DNA from: Balanoglossus misakiensis
Taxonomy: Eukaryota; Animalia; Hemichordata
Assembly: GCA_040954595.2 (NCBI GenBank)
Contig: CM082593.2
Span: forward strand, 6,915,943-6,979,942
Length of the DNA: 64,000 nt
Reading direction: 5' to 3'
The translations under genes were made by a program, and so were the position numbers. The notes below the pieces were generated by a model. It was not told the DNA's origin and did not search any database. It worked only from the letters and a program-made list of their open reading frames with translations. This document shows, piece after piece, positions 44,801-59,800 of the stretch. Position 1 is the stretch's first letter, and each line of letters opens with the position of its first letter.

Positions 44801-47800
44801 TATCAAAATTTCTTCATTTTTTTGAAAAAATCATGGGTTATAGCCCATGAAAATCATCCAAAAATGACGATTTTTCGACTTTGCGAGATATCAAAATTTC
44901 TTCATTTTTTTTGAAAAAATCATGGGTTATAGCCCATGAAAATCATCCAAAAATGACGATTTTTCGACTTTGCGAGATATCAAAATTCCTTCATTTTTTT
45001 GAAAAAATCATGGGTTATAGCCCATGAAAATCATCCAAAATTGACGATTTTTCGACTTTGCGAGATATCAAAATTTCTTCATTTTTTTGAAAAAATCATG
45101 GGTTATAGCCATGAAAATCATCCAAAAATGACGATTTTTCCACTTTGCGAGATATCAAAATTTCTTCATTTTTTTGAAAAAATCATGGGTTATAGCCCAT
45201 GAAAATCATCCAAAATTGACGATTTTTCGACTTTGCGAGATATCAAAATTTCTTCATTTTTTTGAAAAAATCATGGGTTATAGCCCATGAAAATCATCCA
45301 AAAATGACGATTTTTCGACTTTGCGAGATATCAAAATTTCTTCATTTTTTTGAAAAAATCATGGGTTATAGCCCATGAAAATCATCCAAAAATGACGATT
45401 TTTCGACTTTGCGAGATATCAAAATTTCTTCATTTTTTTGAAAAAATCATGCGTTATAGCCCATGAAAATCATCCAAAAATGACGATTTTTCGACTTTGC
45501 GAGATATCAAAATTTCTTCATTTTTTTTAAAAAATCATGGGTTATAGCCCATGAAAATCATCCAAAATTGACCATTTTTCGACTTTGCGAGATATCAAAA
45601 TTTCTTCATTTTTTTGAAAAAATCATGGGTTATAGCCCATGAAAATCATCCAAAAATGACGATTTTTCGACTTTGCGAGATATCAAAATTTCTTCATTTT
45701 TTTGAAAAAATCATGGGTTATAGCCCATGAAAATCATCCAAAAATGACGATTTTTCGAATTTGCGAGATATCAAAATTTCTTCATTTTTTTGAAAAAATC
45801 ATGGGTTATAGCCCATGAAAATCATCCAAAAATGACGATTTTTCGACTTTGCGAGATATCAAAATTTCTTCATTTTTTTTGAAAAAAATCATGGGTTATA
45901 GCCCATGAAAATCATCCAAAAATGACGATTTTTCGACTTTGCGAGATATCAAAATTCCTTCATTTTTTTGAAAAAATCATGGGTTATAGCCCATGAAAAT
46001 CATCCAAAATTGACGATTTTTCGACTTTGCGAGATATCAAAATTTCTTCATTTTTTTGAAAAAATCATGGGTTATAGCCCATGAAAATCATCCAAAAATG
46101 ACGATTTTTCCACTTTGCGAGATATCAAAATTTCTTCATTTTTTTGAAAAAATCATGGGTTATAGCCCATGAAAATCTTCCAAAAATGACGATTTTTCGA
46201 CTTTGCGAGATATCAAAATTTCTTCATTTTTTTGAAAAAATCATGGGTTATAGCCCATGAAAATCATCCAAAAATGACGATTTTTCGACTTTGCGAGATA
46301 TCAAAATTTCTTCATTTTTTTTAAAAAATCATGGGTTATAGCCCATGAAAATCATCCAAAAATGACGATTTTTCGACTTTGCGAGATATCAAAATTTCTT
46401 CATTTTTTTGAAAAAATCATGGGTTATAGCCCATGAAAATCATCCAAAAATGACGATTTTTCGACTTTGCGAGATATCAAAATTTCTTCATTTTTTTGAA
46501 AAAATCATGGGTTATAGCCCATGAAAATCATCCAAAAATGACGATTTTTCGACTTTGCGAGATATCAAAATTTCTTCATTTTTTTGAAAAAATCATGGGT
46601 TATAGCCCATGAAAATCATCCAAAATTGACCATTTTTCGACTTTGCGAGATATCAAAATTTCTTGATTTTTTTGAAAAAATCATGGGTTATAGCCCATGA
46701 AAATCATCCAAAATTGACCATTTTTCGACTTTGCGAGATATCAAAATTTCTTCATTTTTTTGAAAAAATCATGGGTTATAGCCCATGAAAATCATCCAAA
46801 ATTGACGATTTTTCGACTTTGCGTGATATCAAAATTTCTTCATTTTTTTGAAAAAATCATGGGTTATAGCCCATGAAAATCATCCAAAAATGACGATTTT
46901 TCGACTTTGCGAGATATCAAAATTTCTTCATTTTTTTGAAAAAATCATGGGTTATAGCCCATGAAAATCATCCAAAAATGACGATTTTTCGACTTTGCGA
47001 GATATCAAAATTTCTTCATTTTTTTGAAAAAATCATGGGTTATAGCCCATGAAAATCATCCAAAAATGACGATTTTTCGACTTTGCGAGATATCAAAATT
47101 TCTTCATTTTTTTGAAAAAATCATGGGTTATAGCCCATGAAAATCATCCAAAAATGACGATTTTTCCACTTTGCGAGATATCAAAATTTCTTCATTTTTT
47201 TGAAAAAATCATGGGTTATAGCCCATGAAAATCATCCAAAATTGACGATTTTTCGACTTTGCGAGATATCAAAATTTCTTCATTTTTTTGAAAAAATCAT
47301 GGGTTATAGCCCATGAAAATCATCCAAAATTGACGATTTTTCCACTTTGCGAGATATCAAAATTTCTTCATTTTTTTGAAAAAATCATGGGTTATAGCCC
47401 ATGAAAATCATCCAAAAATGACGATTTTTCGACTTTGCGAGATATCAAAATTTCTTCATTTTTTTAAAAAAATCATGGGTTATAGCCCATGAAAATCATC
47501 CAAAAATGACGATTTTTCGACTTTGCGAGATATCAAAATTTCTTCATTTTTTGAAAAAATCATGGGTTATAGCCCATGAAAATCATCAAAAAATGACGAT
47601 TTTTCCACTTTTCGAGATATCAAAATTTCTTCATTTTTTTGAAAAAATCATGGGTTATAGCCCATGAAAATCATCCAAAAATGACGATTTTTCGACTTTG
47701 CGAGATATCAAAATTTCTTCATTTTTTTGAAAAAATCATGGGTTATAGCCCATGAAAATCATCCAAAAATGACGATTTTTCGACTTTGCGAGATATCAAA

Positions 47801-50800
47801 ATTTCTTCATTTTTTTGAAAAAATCATGGGTTATAGCCCATGAAAATCATCCAAAAATGACGATTTTTCGACTTTGCGAGATATCAAAATTTCTTCATTT
47901 TTTTGAAAAAATCATGGGTTATAGCCCATGAAAATCATCCAAAAATGACGATTTTTCGACTTTGCGAGATATCAAAATTTATTCATTTTTTTGAAAAAAT
48001 CATGGGTTATAGCCCATGAAAATCATCCAAAATTGACGATTTTTCGACTTTGCGAGATATCAAAATTTCTTCATTTTTTTGAAAAAATCATGGGTTATAG
48101 CCCATGAAAATCATCCAAAAATGACGATTTTTCGACTTTGCGAGATATCAAAATTTCTTCATTTTTTTGAAAAAATCATGGGTTATAGCCCATGAAAATC
48201 ATCCAAAAATGACGATTTTTCGACTTTGCGAGATATCAAAATTTCTTCATTTTTTTGAAAAAATCATGGGTTATAGCCCATGAAAATCATCCAAAAATGA
48301 CGATTTTTCGACTTTGCGAGATATCAAAATTTCTTCATTTTTTTGAAAAAATCATGGGTTATAGCCCATGAAAATCATCCAAAATTGACGATTTTTCCAC
48401 TTTGCTAGATATCAAAATTTCTTCATTTTTTTGAAAAAATCATGGGTTATAGCCCATAAAAATCATCCAAAATGACGATTTTTCGACTTTGCGAGATATC
48501 AAAATTTCTTCATTTTTTTGAAAAAATCATGGGTTATAGCCCATGAAAATCATCCAAAAATGACGATTTTTCGACTTTGCGAGATATCAAAATTTCTTCA
48601 TTTTTTTGAAAAAATCATGGGTTATAGCCCTTGAAAATCATCCAAAAATGACGATTTTTCGACTTTGCGAGATATCAAAATTTCTTCATTTTTTTGAAAA
48701 AATCATGGGTTATAGCCCATGAAAATCATCCAAAAATGACGATTTTTCGACTTTGCGAGATATCAAAATTTCTTCATTTTTTTGAAAAAATCATGGGTTA
48801 TAGCCCATGAAAATCATCCAAAATTGTCGATTTTTCCACTTTGCGAGATATCAAAATTTCTTCATTTTTTTGAAAAAATCATGGGTTATAGCCCATGAAA
48901 ATCATCCAAAATTGTCGATTTTTCCACTTTGCGAGATATCAAAATTTCTTCATTTTTTTGGAAAAATCATGGGTTATAGCCCATGAAAATCATCCAAAAA
49001 TGACGATTTTTCGACTTTGCGAGATATCAAAATTTCTTCATTTTTTGAAAAAATCATGGGTTATAGCCCATGAAAATCATCCAAAAATGACGATTTTTCG
49101 ACTTTGCGAGATATCAAAATTTCTTCATTTTTTTGAAAAAATCATGGGTTATAGCCCATGAAAATCATCCAAAAATGACGATTTTTCGACTTTGCGAGAT
49201 ATCAAAATTTCTTCATTTTTTGAAAAAATCATGGGTTATAGCCCATGAAAATCATCCAAAAATGACGATTTTTCGACTCTGCGAGATATCAAAATTTCTT
49301 CATTTTTTTGAAAAAATCATGGGTTATAGCCCATGAAAATCATCCAAAATTGACGATTTTTCGACTCTGCGAGATATCAAATTTTTTTCATTTTTTTGAA
49401 AAAATTATGGGTTATAGCCCATGAAAATCATCCAAAATTGACCATTTTTCGACTGTACGAGATATCAAAATTTCTTCATTTTTTTGAAAAAATCATGGGT
49501 TATAGCCCATGAAAATCATCCAAAAATGACGATTTTTCGACTTTGCGAGATATCAAAATTTCTTCATTTTTTTGAAAAAATCATGGGTTATAGCCCATGA
49601 AAATCATCCAAAAATGACAATTTTTCCACTTTGCGAGATATCAAAATTTCTTCATTTTTTTGAAAAAATCATGGGTTATAGCCCATGAAAATCATCCAAA
49701 ATTGACGATTTTTCCACTTTGCGAGATATCAAAATTTCTTCATTTTTTTGAAAAAATCATGGGTTATAGCCCATGAAAATCATCCAAAAATGACGATTTT
49801 TCCACTTTGCGAGATATCAAAATTTCTTCATTTTTTTGAAAAAAATCATGGGTTATAGCCCATGAAAATCATCCAAAAATGACGATTTTTCCACTTTGCG
49901 AGATATCAAAATTTCTTCATTTTTTGAAAAAATCATGGGTTATAGCCCATGAAAATCATCCAAAAATGACGATTTTTCCGACTTTGCGAGATATCAAAAT
50001 TTCTTCATTTTTTTGAAAAAATCATGGGTTATAGCCCATGAAAATCATCCAAAAATGACGATTTTTCGACTTTGCGAGATATCAAAATTTCTTCATTTTT
50101 TTGAAAAAATCATGGGTTATAGCCCATGAAAATCATCCAAAAATTGACGATTTTTCGACTTTGCGAGATATCAAAATTTCTTCATTTTTTGAAAAAATCA
50201 TGGGTTATAGCCCATGAAAATCATCCAAAAATGACCATTTTTCGACTTTGCGAGATATCAAAATTTTTCATTTTTTTGAAAAAATCATGGGTTATAGCCC
50301 ATGAAAATAATCCAAAAATGACAATTTTCGACTTTGCGAGATATCAAAATTTCTTCATTTTTTTGAAAAAATCATGGGTTATAGCCCATGAAAATCATCC
50401 AAAATTGACAATTTTTCGACTTTACGAGATATCAAAATTTCTTCATTTTTTTGAAAAAATCATGGGTTATAGCCCATGAAAATCATCCAAAAATGACGAT
50501 TTTTCGATTTGCGAGATATCAAAATTTCTTCATTTTTTTGAAAAAATCATGGGTTATAGCCCATGAAAATCATCCAAAATTGACGATTTTTCGACTTTGC
50601 GAGATATCAAAATTTCTTCATTTTTTGAAAAAATCATGGGTTATAGCCCATGAAAATCATCCAAAATTGACCATTTTTCGACTTTGCGAGATATCAAAAT
50701 TTCTTCATTTTTTTGAAAAAAATCATGGGTTATAGCCCATGAAAATCATCCAAAATTGACGATTTTTCGACTTTGCGTGATATCAAAATTTCTTCATTTT

Positions 50801-53800
50801 TTTGAAAAAATCATGGGTTATAGCCCATGAAAATCATCCAAAAATGACGATTTTTCCACTTGCGAGATATCAAAATTTCTTCATTTTTTTGAAAAAAATC
50901 ATGGGTTATAGCCCATGAAAATCATCCAAAAATGACGATTTTTCCACTTTGCGAGATATCAAAATTTCTTCATTTTTTTGAAAAATCATGGGTTATAGCC
51001 CATGAAAATCATCCAAAAATGACAATTTTCGACTTTGCGAGATATCAAAATTTCTTCATTTTTTTGAAAAAATCATGGGTTATAGCCCATGAAAATCATC
51101 CAAAAATGACGATTTTTCGACTTTGCGAGATATCAAAATTTCTTCATTTTTTTGAAAAAATCATGGGTTATAGCCCATGAAAATCATCCAAAATTGACGA
51201 TTTTTCGACTTTGCGAGATATCAAAATTTCTTCCTTTTTTGAAAAAATCATGGGTTATAGCCCATGAAAATCATCCAAAAATGACATTTTTCGACTTTGC
51301 GAGATATCAAAATTTTTTCATTTTTTTGAAAAAATCATGGGTTATAGCCCATGAAAATAATCCAAAAATGACAATTTTTCGACTTTGCGAGATATCAAAA
51401 TTTCTTCATTTTTTTGAAAAAATCATGGGTTATAGCCCATGAAAATCATCCAAAATTGACAATTTTTCGACTTTACGAGATATCAAAATTTCTTCATTTT
51501 TTGAAAAAATCATGGGTTATAGCCCATGAAAATCATCCAAAAATGACGATTTTTCGATTTGCGAGATATCAAAATTTCTTCATTTTTTTGAAAAAATCAT
51601 GGGTTATAGCCCATGAAAATCATCCAAAATTGACGATTTTTCGACTTTGCGAGATATCAAAATTTCTTCATTTTTTTGAAAAAATCATGGGTTATAGCCC
51701 ATGAAAATCATCCAAAATTGACCATTTTTCGACTTTGCGAGATATCAAAATTTCTTCATTTTTTTGAAAAAATCATGGGTTATAGCCCATGAAAATCATC
51801 CAAAATTGACGATTTTTCGACTTTGCGAGATATCAAAATTTCTTCATTTTTTTGAAAAAATCATGGGTTATAGCCCATGAAAATCATCCAAAAATGACGA
51901 TTTTTCGACTTTGCGAGATATCAAAATTTCTTCATTTTTTTGAAAAAATCATGGGTTATAGCCCATGAAAATCATCCAAAATTGACGATTTTTCGACTTT
52001 GCGAGATATCAAAATTTCTTCATTTTTTTGAAAAAATCATGGGTTATAGCCCATGAAAATCATCCAAAAATGACGATTTTTCAACTTTGCGAGATATCAA
52101 AATTTCTTCATTTTTTTGAAAAATCATGGGTTATAGCCCATGAAAATCATCCAAAAATGACGATTTTTCCACTTTGCGAGATATCAAAATTTCTTCATTT
52201 TTTTGAAAAAATCATGGGTTATAGCCCATGAAAATCATCCAAAAATGACGATTTTTCCACTTTGCGAGATATCAAAATTTCTTCATTTTTTTGAAAAAAT
52301 CATGGGTTATAGCCCATGAAAATCATCCAAAAATGACGATTTTTCCAACTTTGCGAGATATCAAAATTTCTTCATTTTTTGAAAAAATCATGGGTTATAG
52401 CCCATGAAAATCATCCAAAAATGACGATTTTTCCACTTTGCGAGATATCAAAATTTCTTCATTTTTTTGAAAAAATCATGGGTTATAGCCCATGAAAATC
52501 ATCCAAAAATGACAATTTTTCGACTTTGCGAGATATCAAAATTTCTTCATTTTTTGAAAAAATCATGGGTTATAGCCCATGAAAATCATCCAAAAATGAC
52601 GATTTTTCGACTTTGCGAGATATCAAAATTTCTTCATTTTTTTGAAAAAATCATGGGTTATAGCCCATGAAAATCATCCAAAAATGACGATTTTTCGACT
52701 TTGCGAGATATCAAAATTTTCTTCATTTTTTTGAAAAAATCATGGGTTATAGCCCATGAAAATCATCCAAAAATGACGATTTTTCGACTTTGCGAGATAT
52801 CAAAATTTCTTCATTTTTTTGAAAAAATCATGGGTTATAGCCCATGAAAATCATCCAAAATTGACGATTTTTCGACTTTGCGAGATATCAAAATTTCTTC
52901 ATTTTTTTGAAAAAATCATGGGTTATAGCCCATGAAAATCATCCAAAATGACGATTTTTCGACTTTGCGAGATATCAAAATTTCTTCATTTTTTTGAAAA
53001 AATCATGGGTTATAGCCCATGAAAATCATCCAAAAATGACCATTTTTCGACTTTGCGAGATATCAAAATTTCTTCATTTTTTTGAAAAAATCATGGGTTA
53101 TAGCCCATGAAAATCATCCAAAAATGACCATTTTTCGACTTTGCGAGATATCAAAATTTCTTCATTTTTTTGAAAAAATCATGGGTTATAGCCCATGAAA
53201 ATCATCCAAAATTGACCATTTTTCGACTTTGCGAGATATCAAAATTTCTTCATTTTTTTGAAAAAATCATGGGTTATAGCCCATGAAAATCATCCAAAAA
53301 TGACCATTTTTCGACTTTGCGAGATATCAAAATTTCTTCATTTTTTTGAAAAAATCATGGGTTATAGCCCATGAAAATCATCCAAAAATGACGATTTTCC
53401 ACTTTGCGAGATATCAAAATTTCTTCATTTTTTTGAAAAAATCATGGGTTATAGCCCATGAAAATCATCCAAAAATGACGATTTTCCACTTTGCGAGATA
53501 TCAAAATTTCTTCATTTTTTTGAAAAAATCATGGGTTATAGCCCATGAAAATTATCCAAAAATGACGATTTTTCCACTTTGCGAGATATCAAAATTTCTT
53601 CATTTTTTTGAAAAAATCATGGGTTATAGCCCATGAAAATCATCCAAAAATGACGATTTTTCCACTTTGCGAGATATCAAAATTTCTTCATTTTTTTGAA
53701 AAAATCATGGGTTATAGCCCATGAAAATCATCCAAAAATGACGATTTTTCCACTTTGCGAGATATCAAAATTTCTTCATTTTTTTGAAAAAATCATGGGT

Positions 53801-56800
53801 TATAGCCCATGAAAATCATCCAAAAATGACGATTTTTCCACTTTGCGAGATATCAAAATTTCTTCATTTTTTTGAAAAAATCATGGGTTATAGCCCATGA
53901 AAATCATCCAAAATTGACGATTTTTCCACTTTGCGAGATATCAAAATTTCTTCATTTTTTTGAAAAAATCATGGGTTATAGCCCATGAAAATCATCCAAA
54001 AATGACAATTTTTCGACTTTGCGAGATATCAAAATTTCTTCATTTTTTTGAAAAAATCATGGGTTATAGCCCATGAAAATCATCCAAAAATGACGATTTT
54101 TCGACTTTGCGAGATATCAAAATTTCTTCATTTTTTTGAAAAAATCATGGGTTATAGCCCATGAAAATCATCCAAAAATGACGATTTTTCGACTTTGCGA
54201 GATATCAAAATTTCTTCATTTTTTGAAAAAATCATGGGTTATAGCCCATGAAAATCATCCAAAAATGACCATTTTTCGACTTTGCGAGATATCAAAATTT
54301 CTTCATTTTTTTGAAAAAATCATGGGTTATAGCCCATGAAAATCATCCAAAAATGACCATTTTTCGACTTTGCGAGATATCAAAATTTCTTCATTTTTTT
54401 GAAAAAATCATGGGTTATAGCCCATGAAAATCATCCAAAAATGACGATTTTTCGACTTTGCGAGATATCAAAATTTCTTCATTTTTTTGAAAAAATCATG
54501 GGTTATAGCCCATGAAAATCATCCAAAATTGACCATTTTTCGACTTTGCGAGATATCAAAATTTCTTCATTTTTTTGAAAAAATCATGGGTTATAGCCCA
54601 TGAAAATCATCCAAAATTGACCATTTTTCGACTTTGCGAGATATCAAAATTTCTTCATTTTTTTGAAAAAATCATGGGTTATAGCCCATGAAAATCATCC
54701 AAAAATGACGATTTTTCCACTTTGCGAGATATCAAAATTTCTTCATTTTTTTGAAAAAATCATGGGTTATAGCCCATGAAAATCATCCAAAAATGACGAT
54801 TTTTCCACTTTGCGAGATATCAAAATTTCTTCATTTTTTTGAAAAAATCATGGGTTATAGCCCATGAAAATCATCCAAAAATGACGATTTTTCCACTTTG
54901 CGAGATATCAAAATTTCTTCATTTTTTTGAAAAAATCATGGGTTATAGCCCATGAAAATCATCCAAAAATGACGATTTTTCGACTTTGCGAGATATCAAA
55001 ATTTCTTCATTTTTTTGAAAAAATCATGGGTTATAGCCCATGAAAATCATCCAAAATTGACGATTTTTCGACTTTGCGAGATATCAAAATTTCTTCATTT
55101 TTTGAAAAAATCATGGGTTATAGCCCATGAAAATCATCCAAAAATGACCATTTTTCGACTTTGCGAGATATCAAAATTTCTTCATTTTTTTTGAAAAAAT
55201 CATGGGTTATAGCCCATGAAAATAATCCAAAAATGACCATTTTTCGACTTTGCGAGATATCAAAATTTTTCATTTTTTTGAAAAAATCATGGGTTATAGC
55301 CCATGAAAATCATCCAAAAATGACCATTTTTCGACTTTGCGAGATATCAAAATTTCTTCATTTTTTTGAAAAAATCATGGGTTATAGCCCATGAAAATCA
55401 TCCAAAAATGACCATTTTTCGACTTTGCGAGATATCAAAATTTCTTCATTTTTTTGAAAAAATCATGGGTTATAGCCCATGAAAATCATCCAAAATTGAC
55501 GATTTTTCGACTTTGCGAGATATCAAAATTTCTTCATTTTTTTGAAAAAATCATGGGTTATAGCCCATGAAAATCATCCAAAAATGACGATTTTCAACTT
55601 TGCGAGATATCAAAATTTCTTCATTTTTTTGAAAAAATCATGGGTTATAGCCCATGAAAATCATCCAAAAATGACGATTTTTCCACTTTGCGAGATATCA
55701 AATTTCTTCATTTTTTTGAAAAAATCATGGGTTATAGCCCATGAAAAATCATCCAAAAATGACCATTTTTCCACTTTGCGAGATATCAAAATTTCTTCAT
55801 TTTTTGAAAAAATCATGGGTTATAGCCCATGAAAATCATCCAAAAATGACGATTTTTCGACTTTGCGAGATATCAAAATTTCTTCATTGTTTTGAAAAAA
55901 TCATGGGTTATAGCCCATGAAAATCATCCAAAAATGACGATTTTTCGACTTTGCGAGATATCAAAATTTCTTCATTTTTTGAAAAAATCATGGGTTATAG
56001 CCCATGAAAATCATCCAAAAATGACCATTTTCGACTTTGCGAGATATCAAAATTTCTTCATTTTTTTGAAAAAATCATGGGTTATAGCCCATGAAAATAA
56101 TCCAAAAATGACCATTTTTCGACTTTGCGAGATATCAAAATTTCTTCATTTTTTGAAAAAATCATGGGTTATAGCCCATGAAAATCATCCAAAAAGGACG
56201 ATTTTTCGACTTTGCGAGATATCAAAATTTCTTCATTTTTTTGAAAAAATCATGGGTTATAGCCCATGAAAATCATCCAAAAATGACGATTTTTCGACTT
56301 TGCGAGATATCAAAATTTCTTCATTTTTTTGAAAAAATCATGGGTTATAGCCCATGAAAATCATCCAAAATTGACGATTTTTCGACTTTGCGAGATATCA
56401 AAATTTCTTCATTTTTTTGAAAAAATCATGGGTTATAGCCCATGAAAATCATCCAAAAATTGACGATTTTTCGACTTTGCGAGATATCAAAATTTCTTCA
56501 TTTTTTTGAAAAAATCATGGGTTATAGCCCATGAAAATCATCAAAAATTGACGATTTTTCCACTTTGCGAGATATCAAAATTTCTTCATTTTTTTGAAAA
56601 AATCATGGGTTATAGCCCATGAAAATCATCAAAAATTGACGATTTTTCCACTTTGCGAGATATCAAAATTTCTTCATTTTTTTGAAAAAATCATGGGTTA
56701 TAGCCCATGAAAATCATCCAAAAATGACGATTTTTCGACTTTGCGAGATATCAAAATTTCTTCATTTTTTGAAAAAATCATGGGTTATAGCCCATGAAAA

Positions 56801-59800
56801 TCATCCAAAAATGACGATTTTTCCACTTTGCGAGATATCAAAATTTCTTCATTTTTTTGAAAAAATCATGGGTTATAGCCCATGAAAATCATCCAAAATT
56901 GACGATTTTTCCACTTTGCGAGATATCAAAATTTCTTCATTTTTTTGAAAAAATCATGGGTTATAGCCCATGAAAATCATCCAAAAATGACGATTTTTCG
57001 ACTTTGCGAGATATCAAAATTTCTTCATTTTTTTTGAAAAAATCATGGGTTATAGCCCATGAAAATCATCCAAAAATGACGATTTTTCGACTTTGCGAGA
57101 TATCAAAATTTCTTCATTTTTTTGAAAAAATCATGGGTTATAGCCCATGAAAATCATCCAAAATTGACGATTTTTCGACTTTGCGAGATATCAAAATTTC
57201 TTCATTTTTTTGAAAAAATCATGGGTTATAGCCCATGAAAATCATCCAAAAATGACGATTTTTCGACTTTGCGAGATATCAAAATTTCTTCATTTTTTTG
57301 AAAAAATCATGGGTTATAGCCCATGAAAATCATCCAAAAATGACGATTTTTCGACTTTGCGAGATATCAAAATTTCTTCATTTTTTTGAAAAAATCATGG
57401 GTTATAGCCCATGAAAATCATCCAAAAATGACGATTTTTCGACTTTGCGAGATATCAAAATTTCTTCATTTTTTTGAAAAAATCATGGGTTATAGCCCAT
57501 GAAAATCATCCAAAATTGACGATTTTTCGACTTTGCGAGATATCAAAATTTCTTCATTTTTTTGAAAAAATCATGGGTTATAGCCCATGAAAATCATCTA
57601 AAAATGACGATTTTTCAACTTTGCGAGATATCAAAATTTCTTCATTTTTTTGAAAAAATCATGGGTTATAGCCCATGAAAATCATCCAAAAATGACGATT
57701 TTTCCACTTTGCGAGATATCAAAATTTCTTCATTTTTTGAAAAAATCATGGGTTATAGCCCATGAAAATCATCCAAAATTGACGATTTTTCGACTTTGCG
57801 AGATATCAAAATTTCTTCATTTTTTTGAAAAAATCATGGGTTATAGCCCATGAAAATCATCAAAAATTGACGATTTTTCCACTTTGCGAGATATCAAAAT
57901 TCTTCATTTTTTTGAAAAAATCATGGGTTATAGCCCATGAAAATCATCCAAAAATGACGATTTTTCGACTTTGCGAGATATCAAAATTTCTTCATTGTTT
58001 TGAAAAAATCATGGGTTATAGCCCATGAAAATCATCCAAAAATGACGATTTTTCGACTTTGCGAGATATCAAAATTTCTTCATTTTTTTGAAAAAATCAT
58101 GGGTTATAGCCCATGAAAATCATCCAAAAATGACGATTTTTCCACTTTGCGAGATATCAAAATTTCTTCATTTTTTTGAAAAAATCATGGGTTATAGCCC
58201 ATGAAAATCATCCAAAATGACGATTTTTCCACTTTGCGAGATATCAAAATTTCTTCATTTTTTTGAAAAAATCATGGTTATAGCCCATGAAAATCATCCA
58301 AAAATGACGATTTTTCCACTTTGCGAGATATCAAAATTTCTTCATTTTTTTGAAAAAATCATGGGTTATAGCCCATGAAAATCATCCAAAATTGACGATT
58401 TTTCGACTTTGCGAGATATCAAAATTTCTTCATTTTTTTGAAAAAATCATGGGTTATAGCCCATGAAAATCATCAAAAATTTACGATTTTTCCACTTTGC
58501 GAGATATCAAAATTTCTTCATTTTTTTGAAAAAATCATGGGTTATAGCCCATGAAAATCATCCAAAATGACGATTTTTCCACTTTGCGAGATATCAAAAT
58601 TTCTTCATTGTTTGAAAAAAATCATGGGTTATAGCCCATGAAAATCATCCAAAAATGACGATTTTTCCACTTTGCGAGATATCAAAATTTCTTCATTTTT
58701 TTGAAAAAATCATGGGTTATAGCCCATGAAAATCATCCAAAAATGACGATTTTTCCACTTTGCGAGATATCAAAATTTCTTCATTTTTTTGAAAAAATCA
58801 TGGGTTATAGCCCATGAAAATCATCCAAAAATGACGATTTTTCCACTTGCGAGATATCAAAATTTCTTCATTTTTTTGAAAAAATCATGGGTTATAGCCC
58901 ATGAAAATCATCCAAAAATGACGATTTTTCCACTTTGCGAGATATCAAAATTTCTTCATTTTTTTGAAAAAATCATGGGTTATAGCCCATGAAAATCATC
59001 CAAAAATGACGATTTTTCCACTTTGCGAGATATCAAAATTTCTTCATTTTTTTGAAAAAATCATGGGTTATAGCCCATGAAAATCATCCAAAATTGACGA
59101 TTTTTCGACTTTGCGAGATATCAAAATTTCTTCATTTTTTTGAAAAAATCATGGGTTATAGCCCATGAAAATCATCCAAAAATTGACGATTTTTCGACTT
59201 TGCGAGATATCAAAATTTCTTCATTTTTTCGAAAAAATCATGGGTTACAGCCCATGAAAATCATCAAAAATTGACGATTTTTCCAATTTGCGAGATATCA
59301 AAATTTCTTCATTTTTTTGAAAAAATCATGGGTTATAGCCCATGAAAATCATCCAAAATTGACGATTTTTCGACTTTGCGAGATATCAAAATTTCTTCAT
59401 TGTTTGAAAAAATCATGGGTTATAGCCCATGAAAATCATCCAAAAATGACGATTTTTCGACTTTGCGAGATATCAAAATTTCTTCATTTTTTGAAAAAAT
59501 CGTGGGTTATAGCCCATGAAAATCATCCAAAAATGACGATTTTTCCACTTTGCGAGATATCAAAATTCTTCATTTTTTGAAAAAATCATGGGTTATAGCC
59601 CATGAAAATCATCCAAAAATGACGATTTTTCCACTTTGCGAGATATCAAAATTTCTTCATTTTTTGAAAAAATCATGGGTTATAGCCCATGAAAATCATC
59701 CAAAAATGACGATTTTTCCACTTTGCGAGATATCAAAATTTCTTCATTTTTTTGAAAAAATCATGGGTTATAGCCCATGAAAATCATCCAAAATTGACGA

